Shown here one piece after another: positions 46,507 to 60,364 of a DNA stretch of 64,000 nt; within the stretch, counting starts at the first letter, position 1, and every line of letters begins with the position of its first letter. The notes beneath the pieces are model-generated. The model was given only the letters and a program-made list of their open reading frames with translations. It ran no database searches and was not told the origin of the DNA. Source of the stretch: Oikopleura dioica (taxonomy: Eukaryota; Animalia; Chordata); the NCBI GenBank assembly GCA_907165135.1, contig OU015566.1, forward strand, positions 9,610,001-9,674,000. Reading direction: 5' to 3'. The position numbers were made by a program, and so were the translations under genes.

Positions 46507-46901
46507 GAATTATTTTTTACAAAAACTTGGAAGCGCAGCGATTAATTCGTCGCTCCAAATCAATAAGGATTTACGAAGCAATCAATTGCTTTCAGGATCA
46601 TTCTTACACTTGAATTGAAGAAAGCCATTCTCGTAAATGTAAAAAATAAATAAGATGAAATTGAAAGTGCTCTATCGACATCGTGTTGAAATCTAACGAC
46701 AATCTTGATTCCCTAGGCATAGGATGAGCTACTCCTCGAACCTTTAACAGATTTAGATACGCGCCTGGCAGATCCAATTAATGGATTTAATCCCTTAACC
46801 GAGCTGCTTCTATATAATACGACCTAAAGTAAATTTAAAAATAAAGGTTAGTTTGGAAGATTTTCAATTGTAATTCATGTATTTAAAAAAAAAACAGTAT
46901 A

Positions 46902-47709
46902 CAGTCGACTCTGGCAATTACGAGTAGCAGAATTACGAGTATTTTGACAAAAACCCGCCAATTTTGAAAACAAGGGATCATCGACCGAAAAAAATTTTTT
47001 TCGAAAAAATTGAGAATGCTTGATTTTAATCATTAACCCGCTAACAGGGTGGTCGATTTTGCCTACGCTTTTGCCTGTCTGTGATTGAGTGAAAACATGG
47101 ATCCGGGCATGCGATTGGCTACTCATTTCCACGCGTGGCCGTGAGACGGCCACGCGCCTGTAACCGGGTTAAATCTTTGGCTTAAGAGTCTCCGGCTCTT
47201 CAGATGGTTTTAAAGCAGCTTCAACAGATTGAAAATTTGCATTTTTTTTTATGAAAGTCTCTGAATATTATTTTAATTTTTCGTTGACAAAAAACTTTCC
47301 AAAGGAGTACGGTGGTAGCTAAGAGCCTTAGCTCTCTCCTGAAAAAAATTAAGGGTTTCCCTCAGCTTAAATCCCTGAAAAAGCTTGATCCTATCAACCT
47401 GATCTTTAACGGCCTGTATATCATTGAGGAGGTAGAACTAGATTTTTGAACAACCGTGATTTTCGGGATCATCATAAGGGAAGCGGTTGTATTCGAGTGT
47501 TAAATTCGAGTTCCAATTAAATTAAGGGTGTAAATAAGATAGCTTCGGAGAAATACTAACTTCAAGGAGGCCCATTTTCGCAATTCTTGATGGGGGGTCC
47601 TTAAAAATGAAATCGAGAGAAAATCGAGCCACATTTTCCAACTCGGAGAATTACGAGTATTTCACGAAATTCCCGACAAAAAAAGGCTCGTAATTGCCAG
47701 AGTCGACTG
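46902..47709. mobile_element. Tc1/pogo-type MITE (808 bp)
   Basis: Perfect 23-bp TIR CAGTCGACTCTGGCAATTACGAG with TA flanks. Confidence 0.9.
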
Positions 47710-48479
47710 TAATACTTGGCCCCCCGAAACCTTATTTTAAAATAAACGAATAAGTGCAACAAATAATATTGCAGTTCAATCCACCCATCCCTTTTCTGTA
47801 TGTTTCGTTTTCCTCGCTCTCTAACAGAAACGGACGAAGTTAGCATTTTCTCCTGACAACTGTCGACTAAAGGGGACAAGTATTGAAAAGCTATTTAGAA
47901 AGCAAAGCAATGAATATTAATCCTGGCATGTACAGCGCCCGAGAAGTGCATCGATACTACAGAAAACACTCTAGAAGAACACAGTCCCCTTTTTTTAAGT
48001 ATTCTAACCCGAGTCAACCAATGGCTTTATTATGAATATTTTCAAGTCTTCTTACCAGTCACTGAGAGCCACTGCTCTCAACTCTATGGAACCCAACAGC
48101 GAGCCAATTTGTTTAATAACCAGCTCGCAATAGAAAAACAATTGTGAATTTCTATTAGCAATTCTTGGGTTCATTCCAACATGGAAAAAAACAATGAGAT
48201 TGCTCCACGAAATCAAAATATAGCAATATCTACAAGCATTTTTTTCATTATCAATTATAAGGAGACAACTGTAAATATGCATATCGCAAGAAATTGATTT
48301 AATCTCCCCCTGACTTTGGGCTCACGCTTCTGACTGTATCAGAACTGTTCAAATATTTTCCATTTGTAGCATAAACAAACGAAAGTGGACAAGATGTCAA
48401 GCCACCAGTAGTTGAGTCGTTTGAACTGGAGTCTTGAACAAATTTTATCAACTATATAAGACTCTCACGAAATTACAAA

Positions 48480-49439
48480 ATGTCCGTTTTGTCAACAAAT
48501 GAATTGTCGAGGCAGCAGAGCTCGCCTATTCCGGATTCAGCTGAAGAGATGGTCGAGGAAGGGAAGAAGATAATGGCGATTTTCAACCAGTGTGCAAAGG
48601 TAAGTAAGATTTTAAAGAAGATTATTATTTCCTAGACGATAAAAATCTACAATGCACGACTGAATAAAATACATGAACGCCGTGTTCAAATTGCCAAAGT
48701 GATCAATGCTCTTGGAATAAACAACTTGGACACGCGCCCAGTCGAACGTCACATGGAAGTAAGAAAACGCTATTTCCCCCTCTTTATCTTCATAATTCCA
48801 GATAAACGTGAAGAAGGGGAAAGAATCAGTCGCTTCAGAGCCGCTCTTTTTGCAAGAAAACGCAATCAAAGCAATTTTCCAGCGAGACAATGCCACAAAA
48901 CAAGCATCAGTTGCATTTAAACTTCGCCTTACGCCAAGGTTCTTCTTCCTTGATTTCATTTCTTAAAGTATTTTCAAGGATTAAAAACGTTACCATTCAA
49001 TGGCAAATCTTCCATCCTCTGATTCGCGAAGAACCACCGATAAACGAAGCTGTCTTCGAATTCAGCCGAAAGTCACCTGATCAAGCTTTTGGTGAAAAAC
49101 TAATAAAAGTGGCTGACTTTTAATCTTAATTTTCAGTGACACCGATTTTGACGGACAGAATGGATTTCGATCGACTCGTCGACATGGATAACTTTCATAT
49201 TGATATCCACCTAACAGTTAGGGGTGTTAAAGCATTCAAAGATGACGACGAGGGCGAAATTGTATCAGGTGAGATTAAGAAACGAATACTATACTCGAGA
49301 AAGAAGAGAATCAGTAAAAAACGGTTTAAAATCTTTGAATCAAGCGATGATGGAGGGCCTGAACTTCATGACGAAAAATGATCCAGCAGTGGAGGAACAA
49401 ATGAGAGCCATAAACGAAGCGACCAAATTTTTGCATTGA
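48480..49439 (+). CDS. Probable multi-exon gene, unknown function
   Basis: ATG exon MSVLSTNELS..QCAK|gtaagt and a final exon ..EQMRAINEATKFLH*. Confidence 0.4.
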
Positions 49440-49715
49440 ATAGCTGATCGAGCTGTTTTCTACTATAATCCCAATAAACGTATATACTGTTGCTTGCACC
49501 ATTATCGATCATTGCCATAAATTATTATGACCATAATCTTAATGTTCTCCAATCCTATCGGTTAACAGATGACATTCTCAGAGACAAAGCAAAAATTATT
49601 ATAACATTTTATCATTTTAAAAGTCTCTAGATGACCGAAACCAAATTTTTATGTTATTGTTATACAGTTAATCCGCCACGTCCGACAGTAGAGAGAGAGA
49701 GAGAGCCCCCGTCCA

Positions 49716-51600
49716 ATGACAAAACCGATCAAGCCCGTATTTGGAAAACAAAAGCAAACTGCCAAAACTACGCTTAAAAAAACTAAATCAGCACCTAAAA
49801 TCCGAAAGGAGCCCAAGAAGCCGACCAAGAAGACTGCCAAGAAACCGTTAATAGTCACACCTCCAAGGCAAAAGGGTCCATTAACAGACGAACAATTCGA
49901 CGGATACGAAGATGACATTGAAGACTTGGAAATTTTTAAGGTCCATGGTTTCTCGATGAAAGATTTGGGGGTGAACAACTCAACTATCGGTATGTATTTC
50001 GGTCTATTAGACTCGATGTCTTGAGGACTTTCAATTGAGCCCGTGGGAACTAGAGACAAATTTTAAGATGCAATTGAGACAGAAGAGATCCAAGGCGAGC
50101 TTGACGAAGATGGAAATTTCATCGATTTTCCTGATGACCCAGAAGAAGAAAACAAAATTATCAAAGAGCCACCTAAACCTCCTATTGCAGAGCCGAAGAA
50201 ACCAGATTTTGCAAAGCCTGGAAAGAAGACTACTAAACCAAAAAGATCAAAAAGGAAGGCCCCAGAGCCCGACGCCGATGCTGACGTGAAACAAGAATAT
50301 GACCCCGATGCTCCCCCTTCAACTAAGCAGAAAGTTCGAAAGCGGCAGAGCAAGCCTCGAACAAAACGGCCGGACACTTATAAAGAAAGAATTAAAATGG
50401 CGATTCGGAACTGGTAAGACACTGATAGCAAGGAGGAATATTTTCAAACTTTTTTTCTTAGTGGAGGATCATCGGCGGTCCACATGATTTACAAATTCAT
50501 GGAAGAGAAATGGCCAGAAGACTACGTAGCCGACAAAAGGCAGCAATGGCAGAACTCGATTCGACATAATTTATCCCTTCATAAAAAAGACTTCCGACGG
50601 TAAGAAGAACAATTTCAGAACAGTGTTTAAAAAGCCATTAGAATTCATAAAAATGGCCGGCAAGAGTGGGCAGTAGTCGAAGAGGAAGGTCGGTTGAGTG
50701 CAGTTCCAACAGAAGAAGAGTAAGTTACGCGATTTGATTATTACATTCATTCCATTTTAGTGAATCCACAGCTCGTCGATCAAGAAAGAAAAAGAACCAA
50801 CAAAAACAAATCGAGAGTTTGAAGCCACAAAAAACTGACCTAAGAATTCCGCTTAACAAACAGTTGCTCGAAGTAAGATTTTCGATTAAAAATTCCAATT
50901 GATCTTAAATTCAGGCTCACAAGAAGGGTTCTCGAGAAGTGGTCCTTGTCTCCCAGCGAGATGCGATTATTCTCTGTACTTTCTACCAGTATTTCTTCTA
51001 TGAATTGGGAAATACTGCAGCATGGATGCAACGATTGACTTTCCAGGCAATAGAAGAAGGTAAAGCCTGAACCACGTCTATCAAATGAACACAAATTTAT
51101 GTTTAGATGAGCGACCACGGCGGCTCTGCCCAGGAGTTGTTCCGATTCCGACATCAGAACTCATCGCAAATACTTTGGCGCACGCCAAGACCAACGAAAT
51201 CGAGGAGGAAAAAAAGAAACAAGAACTGCAAAAACAGATTAATGAAGAAGCATCTTCGCCAGAACCCGAAGTTTCTTCAAACTCAGATTCGATCGAATCG
51301 ACTTCTCCAAAGCCAGTTCTGATTGAACCTATGAAGATAGTTCAGGAGCAGTCTAATTCAACTGAGCCCACCAAACTTGTTTCTTCCAATCTGACGCCAG
51401 CAAAGCTGTTAGCATCCCGATTCAAAGATGCCTTCAACAAGACTGTCAAGGATGGAAAGACTATCACGCCTGCCAAACCCTCAGTTCCCAAACAACCAGA
51501 AAACACAAAGCAATCAGAAGATAAACCTGCGCCAAAGAAACCAGTTTTCGGTCGAGCTAGAAGGCCCGTTTTCAAATCGCCCTTCATCAAAAAAGAATGA
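49716..51600 (+). CDS. Divergent forkhead-domain transcription factor
   Basis: RPDTYKERIKMAIR..IYKFMEEKW..WQNSIRHNLSLHKKDF; Lys/Pro-rich flanks. Confidence 0.8.
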
Positions 51601-51962
51601 ATTCCTAATTCACGTTCCAAGTTTCAAAGATATGCCCAGGGATTCGGGCTGAAATTAGTGTAAAAATTAGTAATAAATTTATTCAGTTGCCCGAATTCCG
51701 ATTATTTCCGTATTTCTATATTCTTCTCTTTAAGTTATTTATATATGTTTTGCTGCATCCAGAATGCATTACATCTGTACCTTCCCTTATCGTGCAATAC
51801 CTGCTCTGCTTTCTAAGATACTATTTCAGATAGTAGACTGTCCATATATTCGTAATAAATAATATAAACAAAAATATGGAGAATTGAAGTATATTGCACA
51901 AAAATAACAAAGTATAAAGTTTAGACACTCATGGAAGAAAGGACTTCAGTTCGAAGTATAAA

Positions 51963-54797
51963 TCAGCCGGAAACGGAGTCGTCACGGGATGGCTCAAGGT
52001 TCTAAAATTTCTTTGAAATGATGAGCAGAAACTTTCGCGTGAGGTTGTCACTCAAAGTGATTGATGTACCTGACATATGAGCTTTACATAAGGCCTCGCT
52101 GGATCCACTGGTATCGCACAGAAGGGGCAACGCGATATGAACTCCTGTGTTCCTTTAGGCAGTTTATGCTGAGACCAATACTTTGCTGTTGCCAGGCTGA
52201 CAATGTGTCCGCAAGGATTAAACGTGAATCCAGGCTCTTCTGAGTCGATGTGGAACGCTGCTTCTTTGCCTTTCGTTGGGGTCTTGAATGGGATTTCACG
52301 GTTGAGTTCAATGTGAAATTTCAAAATGTGAAAGCTAGCGTGTGATATCGAGCAGCTGTTCAAAGACGACTTTGACAAAGTTTACGGACGATGAGTTTAA
52401 ACATGCTTTGTGGAAACATTCCAAATGGCAGCCTGGATCCAATAACGCTTCGGAATTGACATGGTTTGACCCTTTCCTTGAACAAGCGCCACAACCTTTT
52501 GACTCTCTTGTCTACATAAAGGGCACTCCTTGACAAGCTGCTTCTTCTGGTCGAGCTTTTGTCCCCAGTCACAGGGGCCCTGTACGTGCCCACATTTCAT
52601 GTAGCAGTAGGGCTGGCGCTGATCGTTCGTCTTGTGCCCGGAAAACTTGAGCGTCGACAAGCCGACGGGACACTGGACTCGAATGCTGTTCAGACGATCA
52701 AGAGCGTTATCTAGTGCGGAAAAAATTTAAATGGGGCTCGGAAGGGCAACGGAATATTAACAATATGATTCTACGGACGTAATATAAATCATATTGTTGT
52801 TTTATATATTTACCTATATCTTGATCTTTTGGCATATTCAATACAGATTTCTCCGATCGCCACAGTAAGGTCACCCCGCAGAGGTCAATTAGCGTCCCAT
52901 CCCTGAGGACGTTGTCGAACTAATTTACAAAAAGATAAATCACATGATTCGTTTTTGCAAGTGCAAGTTACAACACGCACCTCGGGGCAGAACTCGCCAC
53001 GTTTCTGGTCACTTCGAGTTTCCCTGAGGGAGAAGACGGAACCGCCAACTGATAATTCGCGCCAAGTGAGATTTTGGTCGTCAATGTGGTGGATTAGGAC
53101 GCCGTTTGTAGTTAGGCCATCCATTGTCCCGTTCATGTCCCATTTTGGGGCCTTTTCGCCGAGGAATATCCTATTCTTCGAGTCGAAGCCGGCTTAAAAT
53201 TAAGCTACAGTAGTTTTTACTTTGATATTTTTACCTGCGTAAATTCTAGCGACATATGGAGGCTCCCTATCACAAACAATACGGCATGAAAACCTCGAAA
53301 TTGTTGATTGCTCCGGGAGGACAGTTCTTGATCCGGCTTTGGCCGAGGCGCCAGGTTGAATGTCAATCAAAACCATGTCGATCGGTGGGTCTGTCGATCT
53401 GCCAATTTGGAACAAATCTACATACTGTTATTGAGAATCGATAACGCATTAACAACATGACAATTGGACGCAATAAAATACAGTAGAAGACGCTGTAAAA
53501 GACACTTTCTAAAATTCTAGCTTGTGACCACGTGAGAAGCTATAAATTTCTATTAAAAGTGTCAGAATACACTCAGAAAATCTACTCATATTTTTACTGT
53601 CTCCATAAATCTCGAAAAAAAATCTGCCCGACGGAAGTGGTCAGACCTTCTTCAAACAGAAGCTCGTGTTGAAACCGTAAATTTTACCTCTTCAAAAGGC
53701 AAATATAATATACTGTCTACGTAACACTACTGTATTGCTGTGTATATAAAGAAGAAAACTGACGGTACCTTTTGTTTCATCGTGTTCGTATTTGACGACG
53801 ACTTGGGTCTTTTCAAAAGGGTCGAATCAGCAGTTCAAGAATCTTATTGAACAAAAATTGTGATGGGCAAACAGTTGACAAGAACTTCCAGTAGCTTCAG
53901 TAACAAAAACTCAGAAGCACTTATGTCGGAAGATAAGTGCAACAAATATTGGCACACTGTCGATTTTGCTTTTGAAACTATCACTGTAACTCAACTTTTA
54001 ACTGCTCTTCCAGAAAGCTCGCCTCGGCAGCCTGTGTAGAAAACCTGAGTCAGGATCTGAAAGTTATTCATTAAAGATCGTTCAGACCCTGACTCAGGTT
54101 TCCTCCACACAGGCTGCTGAGCCCAGAAAGAAAGGAAGCTACAGGGAAGACTTACTGTATTTGACGTATGAAATATCGCTGAGTGCCAAATATTTGAAGC
54201 ATATGTTTAAATAAAATTTATACAGTCGATTCTTTACGACCCCATTCCTGTCTATTTAGCGTGTACGTGACAGTATGATTTCTCAACTATCAGTTCGGCT
54301 CAGAACTTTCCGCAGAGGATATGGATCTGCGTGCGGTTGACATTTGCGTGGCAAAGCCAAACACTCCAATTTTCTTTCAAACATGAAATCGCGAAAAAAA
54401 AGAAGAAATACAAGGGAAGTCGCGGAGCCGCCTTCCTGACTTTGATTGATGAGCTGTGGGCTCGTGCAGGACAAGTCGAAGGTTTGTTGGCCTGTTGGTG
54501 TTACTCCGTTCGGTTTTGGACGACGACGAAGCTGGAAATTAAATTAAAGCAATTTACGAACTCAAAACATAATGATCTTTGTTCACTCAAATAAAGATAA
54601 AGATGATAACGAAACAACTGTAGTTGTCGTTCATCTAAACGAGTTAACCTAGTAAGAAATTTAATTTGAATTATTATTTCAAAGCTATGAGCTCTTACAG
54701 TATATCTACTTCTTCTTCTTCCCTTATTGCCTCCAGGCAGTTCTCCATCTGTGCCCAAAACTACAAGTTCTCCATAATTTATCTCCTGTCTTCTCAT
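51963..54797 (-). CDS. PELI: Pellino E3 ubiquitin ligase
   Basis: YGELVVLG..GRRRSR, MFQIGRS, STISRFSCRI, MDGLTTNGVL, WRELSV, CGHVQG, FNPCGH, CPFCA. Confidence 0.93.
53943..54196. repeat. Nested palindromic element (MITE-like) in a Pellino intron
   Basis: ctcggcagcctgtgt..aaacctgagtcagg versus cctgactcaggttt..acacaggctgctgag, with outer caaatat(t)tggcac arms; related fragment near 19475-19520. Confidence 0.6.
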
Positions 54798-54997
54798 TTT
54801 ATTCCATATCTATTCAAAAACTAACGACCAAAAACAATTTTCCTTTTTAGCGATGAAAAAAGCTCGTAAAACGATAATTATCTTTTTCGATTCTTTCTTT
54901 CTTTTTGAGATTGAATGAAAACTACGAGAAATCGTCGATTTCGTAGTCAGCTCCGAAAATCAGTGAGTCACCAGAAGTGCACGAGCGCCGCCGCGCG

Positions 54998-55010
54998 ATT
55001 GGTCAATTGG
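54998..55010. promoter_or_regulatory. Tandem CCAAT boxes in divergent Pellino / RNPS1 promoter region
   Basis: gattggtcaattgg in a GC-rich patch between divergent genes. Confidence 0.4.
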
Positions 55011-55384
55011 AAATTTCGCTCTCAGCAAAATCGAGCAACAGAAGAAGAAAAAATGAAGAACTGGAAAAATTGACGAACCAGATGAATAAGTAGTTTCTTT
55101 TCCGAAGATGACTTTGCAGAGTTTTTTTTTCATTGATGATGATGACTGAGAAATTGCCTTATTATTATCTGCTTTTTGATAAAACTCTATATTAAATGAA
55201 CTCGTAACCTCCGAAAGGTGCTCGTCTTTAGCAATAAGCTGTATACATAATCTTGTTTCATGAAAATATAAAATGACAATCCACAATTTGGTCTAAGCTC
55301 TAAATTTAATTTCTAATGAATCGAGTATCGCGAAACTCGTTATAAAAAGTTTTTATTAAAAACTTCATTTATTTCTTCCTCAGA

Positions 55385-56558
55385 ATGGGCCGAGGTCGCT
55401 CCAGATCACGAGGACGCGGTCGCTCATCGTCTTCTTCCTCGTCTTCATCTTCGTCCTCTTCTTCTTCTAGCTCCTCTTCTTCCTCTTCCGGAAGTTCTCC
55501 AGACCGCCGCGATCGACGAAGCCCTCGTCGGGGGAGCCCAGGAATGTTTTCAATTGTTTCGCTTTCAATTGTAATCGCTAGAATCAAATCCTTAGAAAAT
55601 CCTTTTCAAAAACATAAAAATAAGGTCGACGAAGAGGATCTCCTCGACGAAATTCACGAAGACGATCCCCATCGCCGCGAAATCGTCGACGATCGCCGCC
55701 AAAACGTAGATCTCCAAGGTAAAAAATGCCTTTCTTTCAAAAACTAAACTTCTGAAAAAGCCCAAGAAAACGAAGCCCACCTCGACGCAGACGATCTCCC
55801 AGTCCTCGTCGACGATCGCGATCACCAGTTCGAAGGAGAAGATCGCCAAGTCCCAGAAGACGATCGCCCGTGCGTAGACGAAGCCCAAGACGTAGCAGAT
55901 CAAGATCAGCTCCGCGAAAGCGAAGAAGTCCTACTCCAGTAAAGGTTAGAAACGCCGTAATTTCTTAATCGAGAAACCACTTGCGGCTTCGAGACTAATA
56001 ATCGACGATTGTCCATTTCTTCAGTAATAATGTTCTCTTAGGATCCAGTGCGAATTCAAGTCACGAAGCTCACGCGAAACATCACAAAAGATCATCTCTC
56101 CGAAATCTTCGGCACTTACGGAACAGTCGCTCATGTAGAAGTCCCCGGTGGGAACGGATTCAGTTTCAGCTTCCGCCACCAGGCTTTTATCGAGTACGAA
56201 TCGTCAGAAGATGCGGCTAAGGCGGCGAAGTTCATGGATGGCGGACAAATTGATGGACAAGAGATCATGGTTACTTTGATGAAGGGAGCGCCGCAAAGGA
56301 ATGGATCAAACTTTCAAGTTTGAAAACTTTCCCATTTCGATTTTTTCGAAACAAAGTTTATTGAAAAACGAGATTTTCTCTAGATTTTCCAGATGTATCT
56401 ATTTTCATCCTTCCTTTTCGATCCTTTTCCTAAGACGACGAAGTCCCCCTCGCCGAGACAACTCCCGCGATCGTCGGGAACGCCGCCGCAGCCCACGCAG
56501 AGAGAGCCCTCCTCGTCGCCGCCGCCGTGGCTCGACCGGCTCGTCCTCCTCCGATTAA
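55385..56558 (+). CDS. RNPS1: RNA-binding protein with serine-rich domain 1 (EJC/ASAP), multi-exon
   Basis: Poly-Ser/RS N-terminus; RRM RIQVTKLTRNITKDHLSEIFG..MDGGQIDGQEI; RS/P tail. Confidence 0.85.
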
Positions 56559-56743
56559 AAAGAAAAGAAACAATCTCTCACACTTTTACCCTGACTCGCT
56601 GTGAAAAAGCACCCTTTTTATTAGCGGCCCGCCACATTTCTTCGTTTCGTTTCCAACCTTTTGAATTCACCACAGCCGATTTCAGGAATTCCACAGAGAC
56701 AGATTTAGAATAGAACTGCCGTTATTGAATGATCCATTCTGGG

Positions 56744-57162
56744 TAGGGTGGGTCACTTTCAGGGTTGGTCTTTCGATTTCGATTTTTGTTTGTAAGATGC
56801 TTGTTCTTACCCCAATAAAGAGCTTTCCATGGAAAACTGATCAAAAAATTTTTTCATCCCTCATTTTTGAAAAAAATTTTGTCGAAAAACCGGTTTTTCT
56901 AGAATAACACCGGAAGCCGCTGACAGTACACGTGATCTTACTGTATCATCATAAAGAACTCGTTAAGCCGGTCATTTTGGTACCCGAAACTTCCCCGGGA
57001 AATGGCAGGAAAAAAAACTGCTGAGATTAAGACTGTAAAAGTACTTTCCCGGGAGTGCACAGAGGTGTTCGGGTGCTCAAAATGATCAGCACGGTGAGAG
57101 CTTTCAAATGAGCACAAAAAGAAAGTGCGGCTCGAAAAATGTTTAAAAAGTGACCCACCCTA
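56744..57162. mobile_element. hAT-type MITE (419 bp)
   Basis: 16-bp TIR TAGGGTGGGTCACTTT; 8-bp flanks ATTCTGGG / TTTCTGGG (7 of 8 match). Confidence 0.8.
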
Positions 57163-57362
57163 TTTCTGGGTGAATAATTAGGAAACAAATCACATTATTT
57201 TCACTCAGAATCATAATCTCACAATTTGTCACTTTTCCTTTCCTTCGATTTTATTGTCTAGTACAAATTTATCGTCTAATTGTATTGGAAAAAAGAATCC
57301 TAGACCAATTAACGTTTAATCCAAGTTTATCTTTATCCCTTTTAGAAACAAAAGAACTCAAG

Positions 57363-59076
57363 ATGCCCGGGCTTGTCACACTTGTCTCGCAAGACAACCA
57401 GAAAATTGAGGTTGAGCTCAATGTCATCAGACAATCAAAGGTAAGAAATATTATCTAATTTATAAATTAATATATATAATATAATTAATAATTTATCTTT
57501 CGTCAGGTTTTTTCAACGGGATATTTAAGGTCATCTCCGGAATGCTCCAAGACCTTGGTGAGGATGAAGATACCGAGTACCCCATTCCCAACGTCTCCCA
57601 CGCCATTTTGAAGAAAATCATCGAATGGTGCGAGTAAGTACTGCTAGACTTTTATCAAAAGAAAACCAAGTCTCTTTGACCGATTTGACTTACCATGTCT
57701 TTCAGAGAGCACAAAGATGACGCCCCGATCGATGATGAAGACCCGAACTACCAAGAAAAGAAGCGAACCCAGGAAGTGCCCCGATGGGACGCAGAATTCC
57801 TCAAGGTCGACCAAGGAACGCTCTTTGGTAAGTCTCCGCCCTCTCATCTCTTTTGCTTACTTTTTCGCCCTAGAAATCATCCTCGCTGCCAACTACCTTG
57901 ATATCGGCCGCCTTCTGGACTTTGCCTGCATGACTGTTGCAGATCAAATCCGCGGCAAGACACCAGAAGAAATCCGTAAGGTAAACCGTCGGTATCAATC
58001 ACTGTTTCTTAGAAAAATTGCTTGATGAGGAAGAGCGAGTAAACTCAAAATACGGGCCCCCTTCAAATATGAAGCCCCGTAATGAAGTTGAATCAAAGCC
58101 GTATCTTTACCCCTAACCTAAAAAACGAAAGAATGCTACTAGAAACAGCTGCCAGAAACGCTCTTACATCCCATTTTGCTCCTTATATTGTGCGAATAAA
58201 AAGTTTGGCTTAAATTTGCTAGTTTTTGAATTTCCGTCTATTTCAATTTGATAAATCGATTGAATAAAGTTCCACAGGGTCAATTCTCTAGCTTACTTAA
58301 CCCCTATACCCGAAGTGTACAATTTTTGTCGATTTCGGGATATAATCGCCCGCTGAATGGAACTGGTAGGTCGGAATGACCTGAAAACTCAAATGAGTAT
58401 TTGCACAAGACTTACGCACCTTTTAGCAAAATTTCGGCGTGATAAGCCCAACAAGTACTGCACGAGTACTGATTTTCTCACGCCACCCCGCCCGCTTCAA
58501 GAAAAGAAAAATTTCCCTTTATCTTTTGGAGTCATCTTTGCTCCGGTTTCGTGTTTATCTATAGGTTTTCTACCATGTGGAATTCGAAAACCATCGTTAA
58601 AAATGAATTGGATGAGTTTTTTTAAATACTCGCCATATAAAAATTTTATAATAACAAAATAACTTATCTCAGTTTCACCACTAAATATTGATTTTTTCGA
58701 AAATCTAAAAGTGCAGTTCGAAAGAAAATCATTAATTTGGTATGATCTGAGATTTTCAGAAGATTATCTCGAGAGGAAGATCAAATCGACAAAAATTGTA
58801 CACTTCGGGTAAGGGGGTTCTTTAGGCAGCTTCGAGTATAGGGGTTAACAAACCATAATTAAATTTTTTTAAGTTCTGGTATATAGTTTTATTGCCCGAA
58901 ATTCACGCTAATTCAATATGAGTAACCATCGTATTTATGTTTTGACAAAACTTTGTCCACACTTGTGGATCACAAATACTTAACGTCACCTCTAGCACTT
59001 CAACATCAAGAACGACTTCACCGAGGAAGAAATGGAGCAGATCAAGAAAGAGAACGAATGGTGCGAGGGCAACTAA
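57363..59076 (+). CDS. SKP1: S-phase kinase-associated protein 1
   Basis: [49 protein letters not shown]|[18 protein letters not shown]. Confidence 0.95.
58301..58844. mobile_element. piggyBac-type MITE (544 bp) in a SKP1 intron
   Basis: TTAA on both flanks, TIR CCCCTATAC(C/T)CGAAG, subterminal inverted repeat gtgtacaatttttgtcgattt. Confidence 0.88.
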
Positions 59077-59674
59077 ACTATCTTCTCCTACCACCACCAG
59101 TCTTGAACAATTCCAAAAGCTCTTTTTACAATTGAAATGTTCTATTTAATTGTATGATAGATACCCCCTTCCGCGCGTTGTTTTTTCCTCTGTATAATTT
59201 TTCGAAACCATTTTTTCGTATTTTTTTTCTCAGGCGTACCAATCAAGTGAAAACCTCTCTTTTTCATTTACCAATTGAATAAACTCATTTACGGAACTCG
59301 TACAGTCTCTTTTCTATCATCTTGAGTTTATATTATCCGAATAGTTTATCTTGAGAAAGAGAGTTATCTGTATCAGTTTGAAGCTCAACAAATCGACCTG
59401 TTTATAAGACCATCAAAAGTTCAGGGCATTCAAAATGCATGAAATAATGTTCTTGCTAGCCCAATTTTTTCGTCGAGCCTATGAAAATCCGTTGCACTTG
59501 ATTGTAGTCTACTGTAACCAGTATTGTCTCCTAAAGACGTTATTCTTCGATGATTCTTTTTTTCGAATATACAGTTAAAAAGTTTATTTTGTATCCGCTC
59601 TATTCTTAAACCATGCAAAAATTATTCTTGATTTTATTCACTTCAACAGCCTGTTACTCTCTGATTGGGTTAGA

Positions 59675-60145
59675 ATGTCGCACAACATGTATCACAAAGA
59701 ACCGAAATTAGAAGCACCAAACAGCGACTACGCAACTCAACAACATCAACGCGGCATGCATCAGCGCAGGACTCATTTGCCCCAGAGTTCTCTTATGGAA
59801 CAGGTGACTTGTTAAAGCTTTCTTATTCCTTTCAATCGGGCTTTTTAGATCGCGGAAATTGCCCGAAATCCAATGAATCGCTCGCCAGAAGAGATGCGAG
59901 AGCACTTTCTGAACATGAAGGCTGAGCTTGGGAACATCAGAGAGCGTATTAAAAACTCCCCTGCTTTGGACTCGCTGCGGGAAACACAGCAACTCCAGTT
60001 GGAAGTTGTTCAAGAGCAGTTGAGGATGAAACAAGAGCTGATTCAGCGACTCAAGGACTCTGATGTAAGACACGTTATTTATTGACCTGCTTCTTATCAT
60101 TTTTAGCTGGACAAAGACACAGCGATGGAGCTGATGTCTCAATAG
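59675..60145 (+). CDS. Mediator subunit 9-like protein
   Basis: SPEEMREHFLNMKAEL..IKNSPAL..QQLQLEVVQEQLRMKQELIQRLK resembles MED9; start uncertain. Confidence 0.55.
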
Positions 60146-60364
60146 AAGATGCTCTGCGAGATGCCCACTGCCTATTTTGTACATTGCCACTTTATTTAAT
60201 TACGATCTACTAGATTCATTCGATAGAATAAAAATCATAATAATGCATAATTCAAACAGCGTAAATATCTTCCATTAATCGTTAATGTGAAGATATCTTC
60301 AATTTCGAGTCTATGTATTTATCAACAGTGTTTGTTTATTAGTGGTAGATGTAACGATTGAGCT

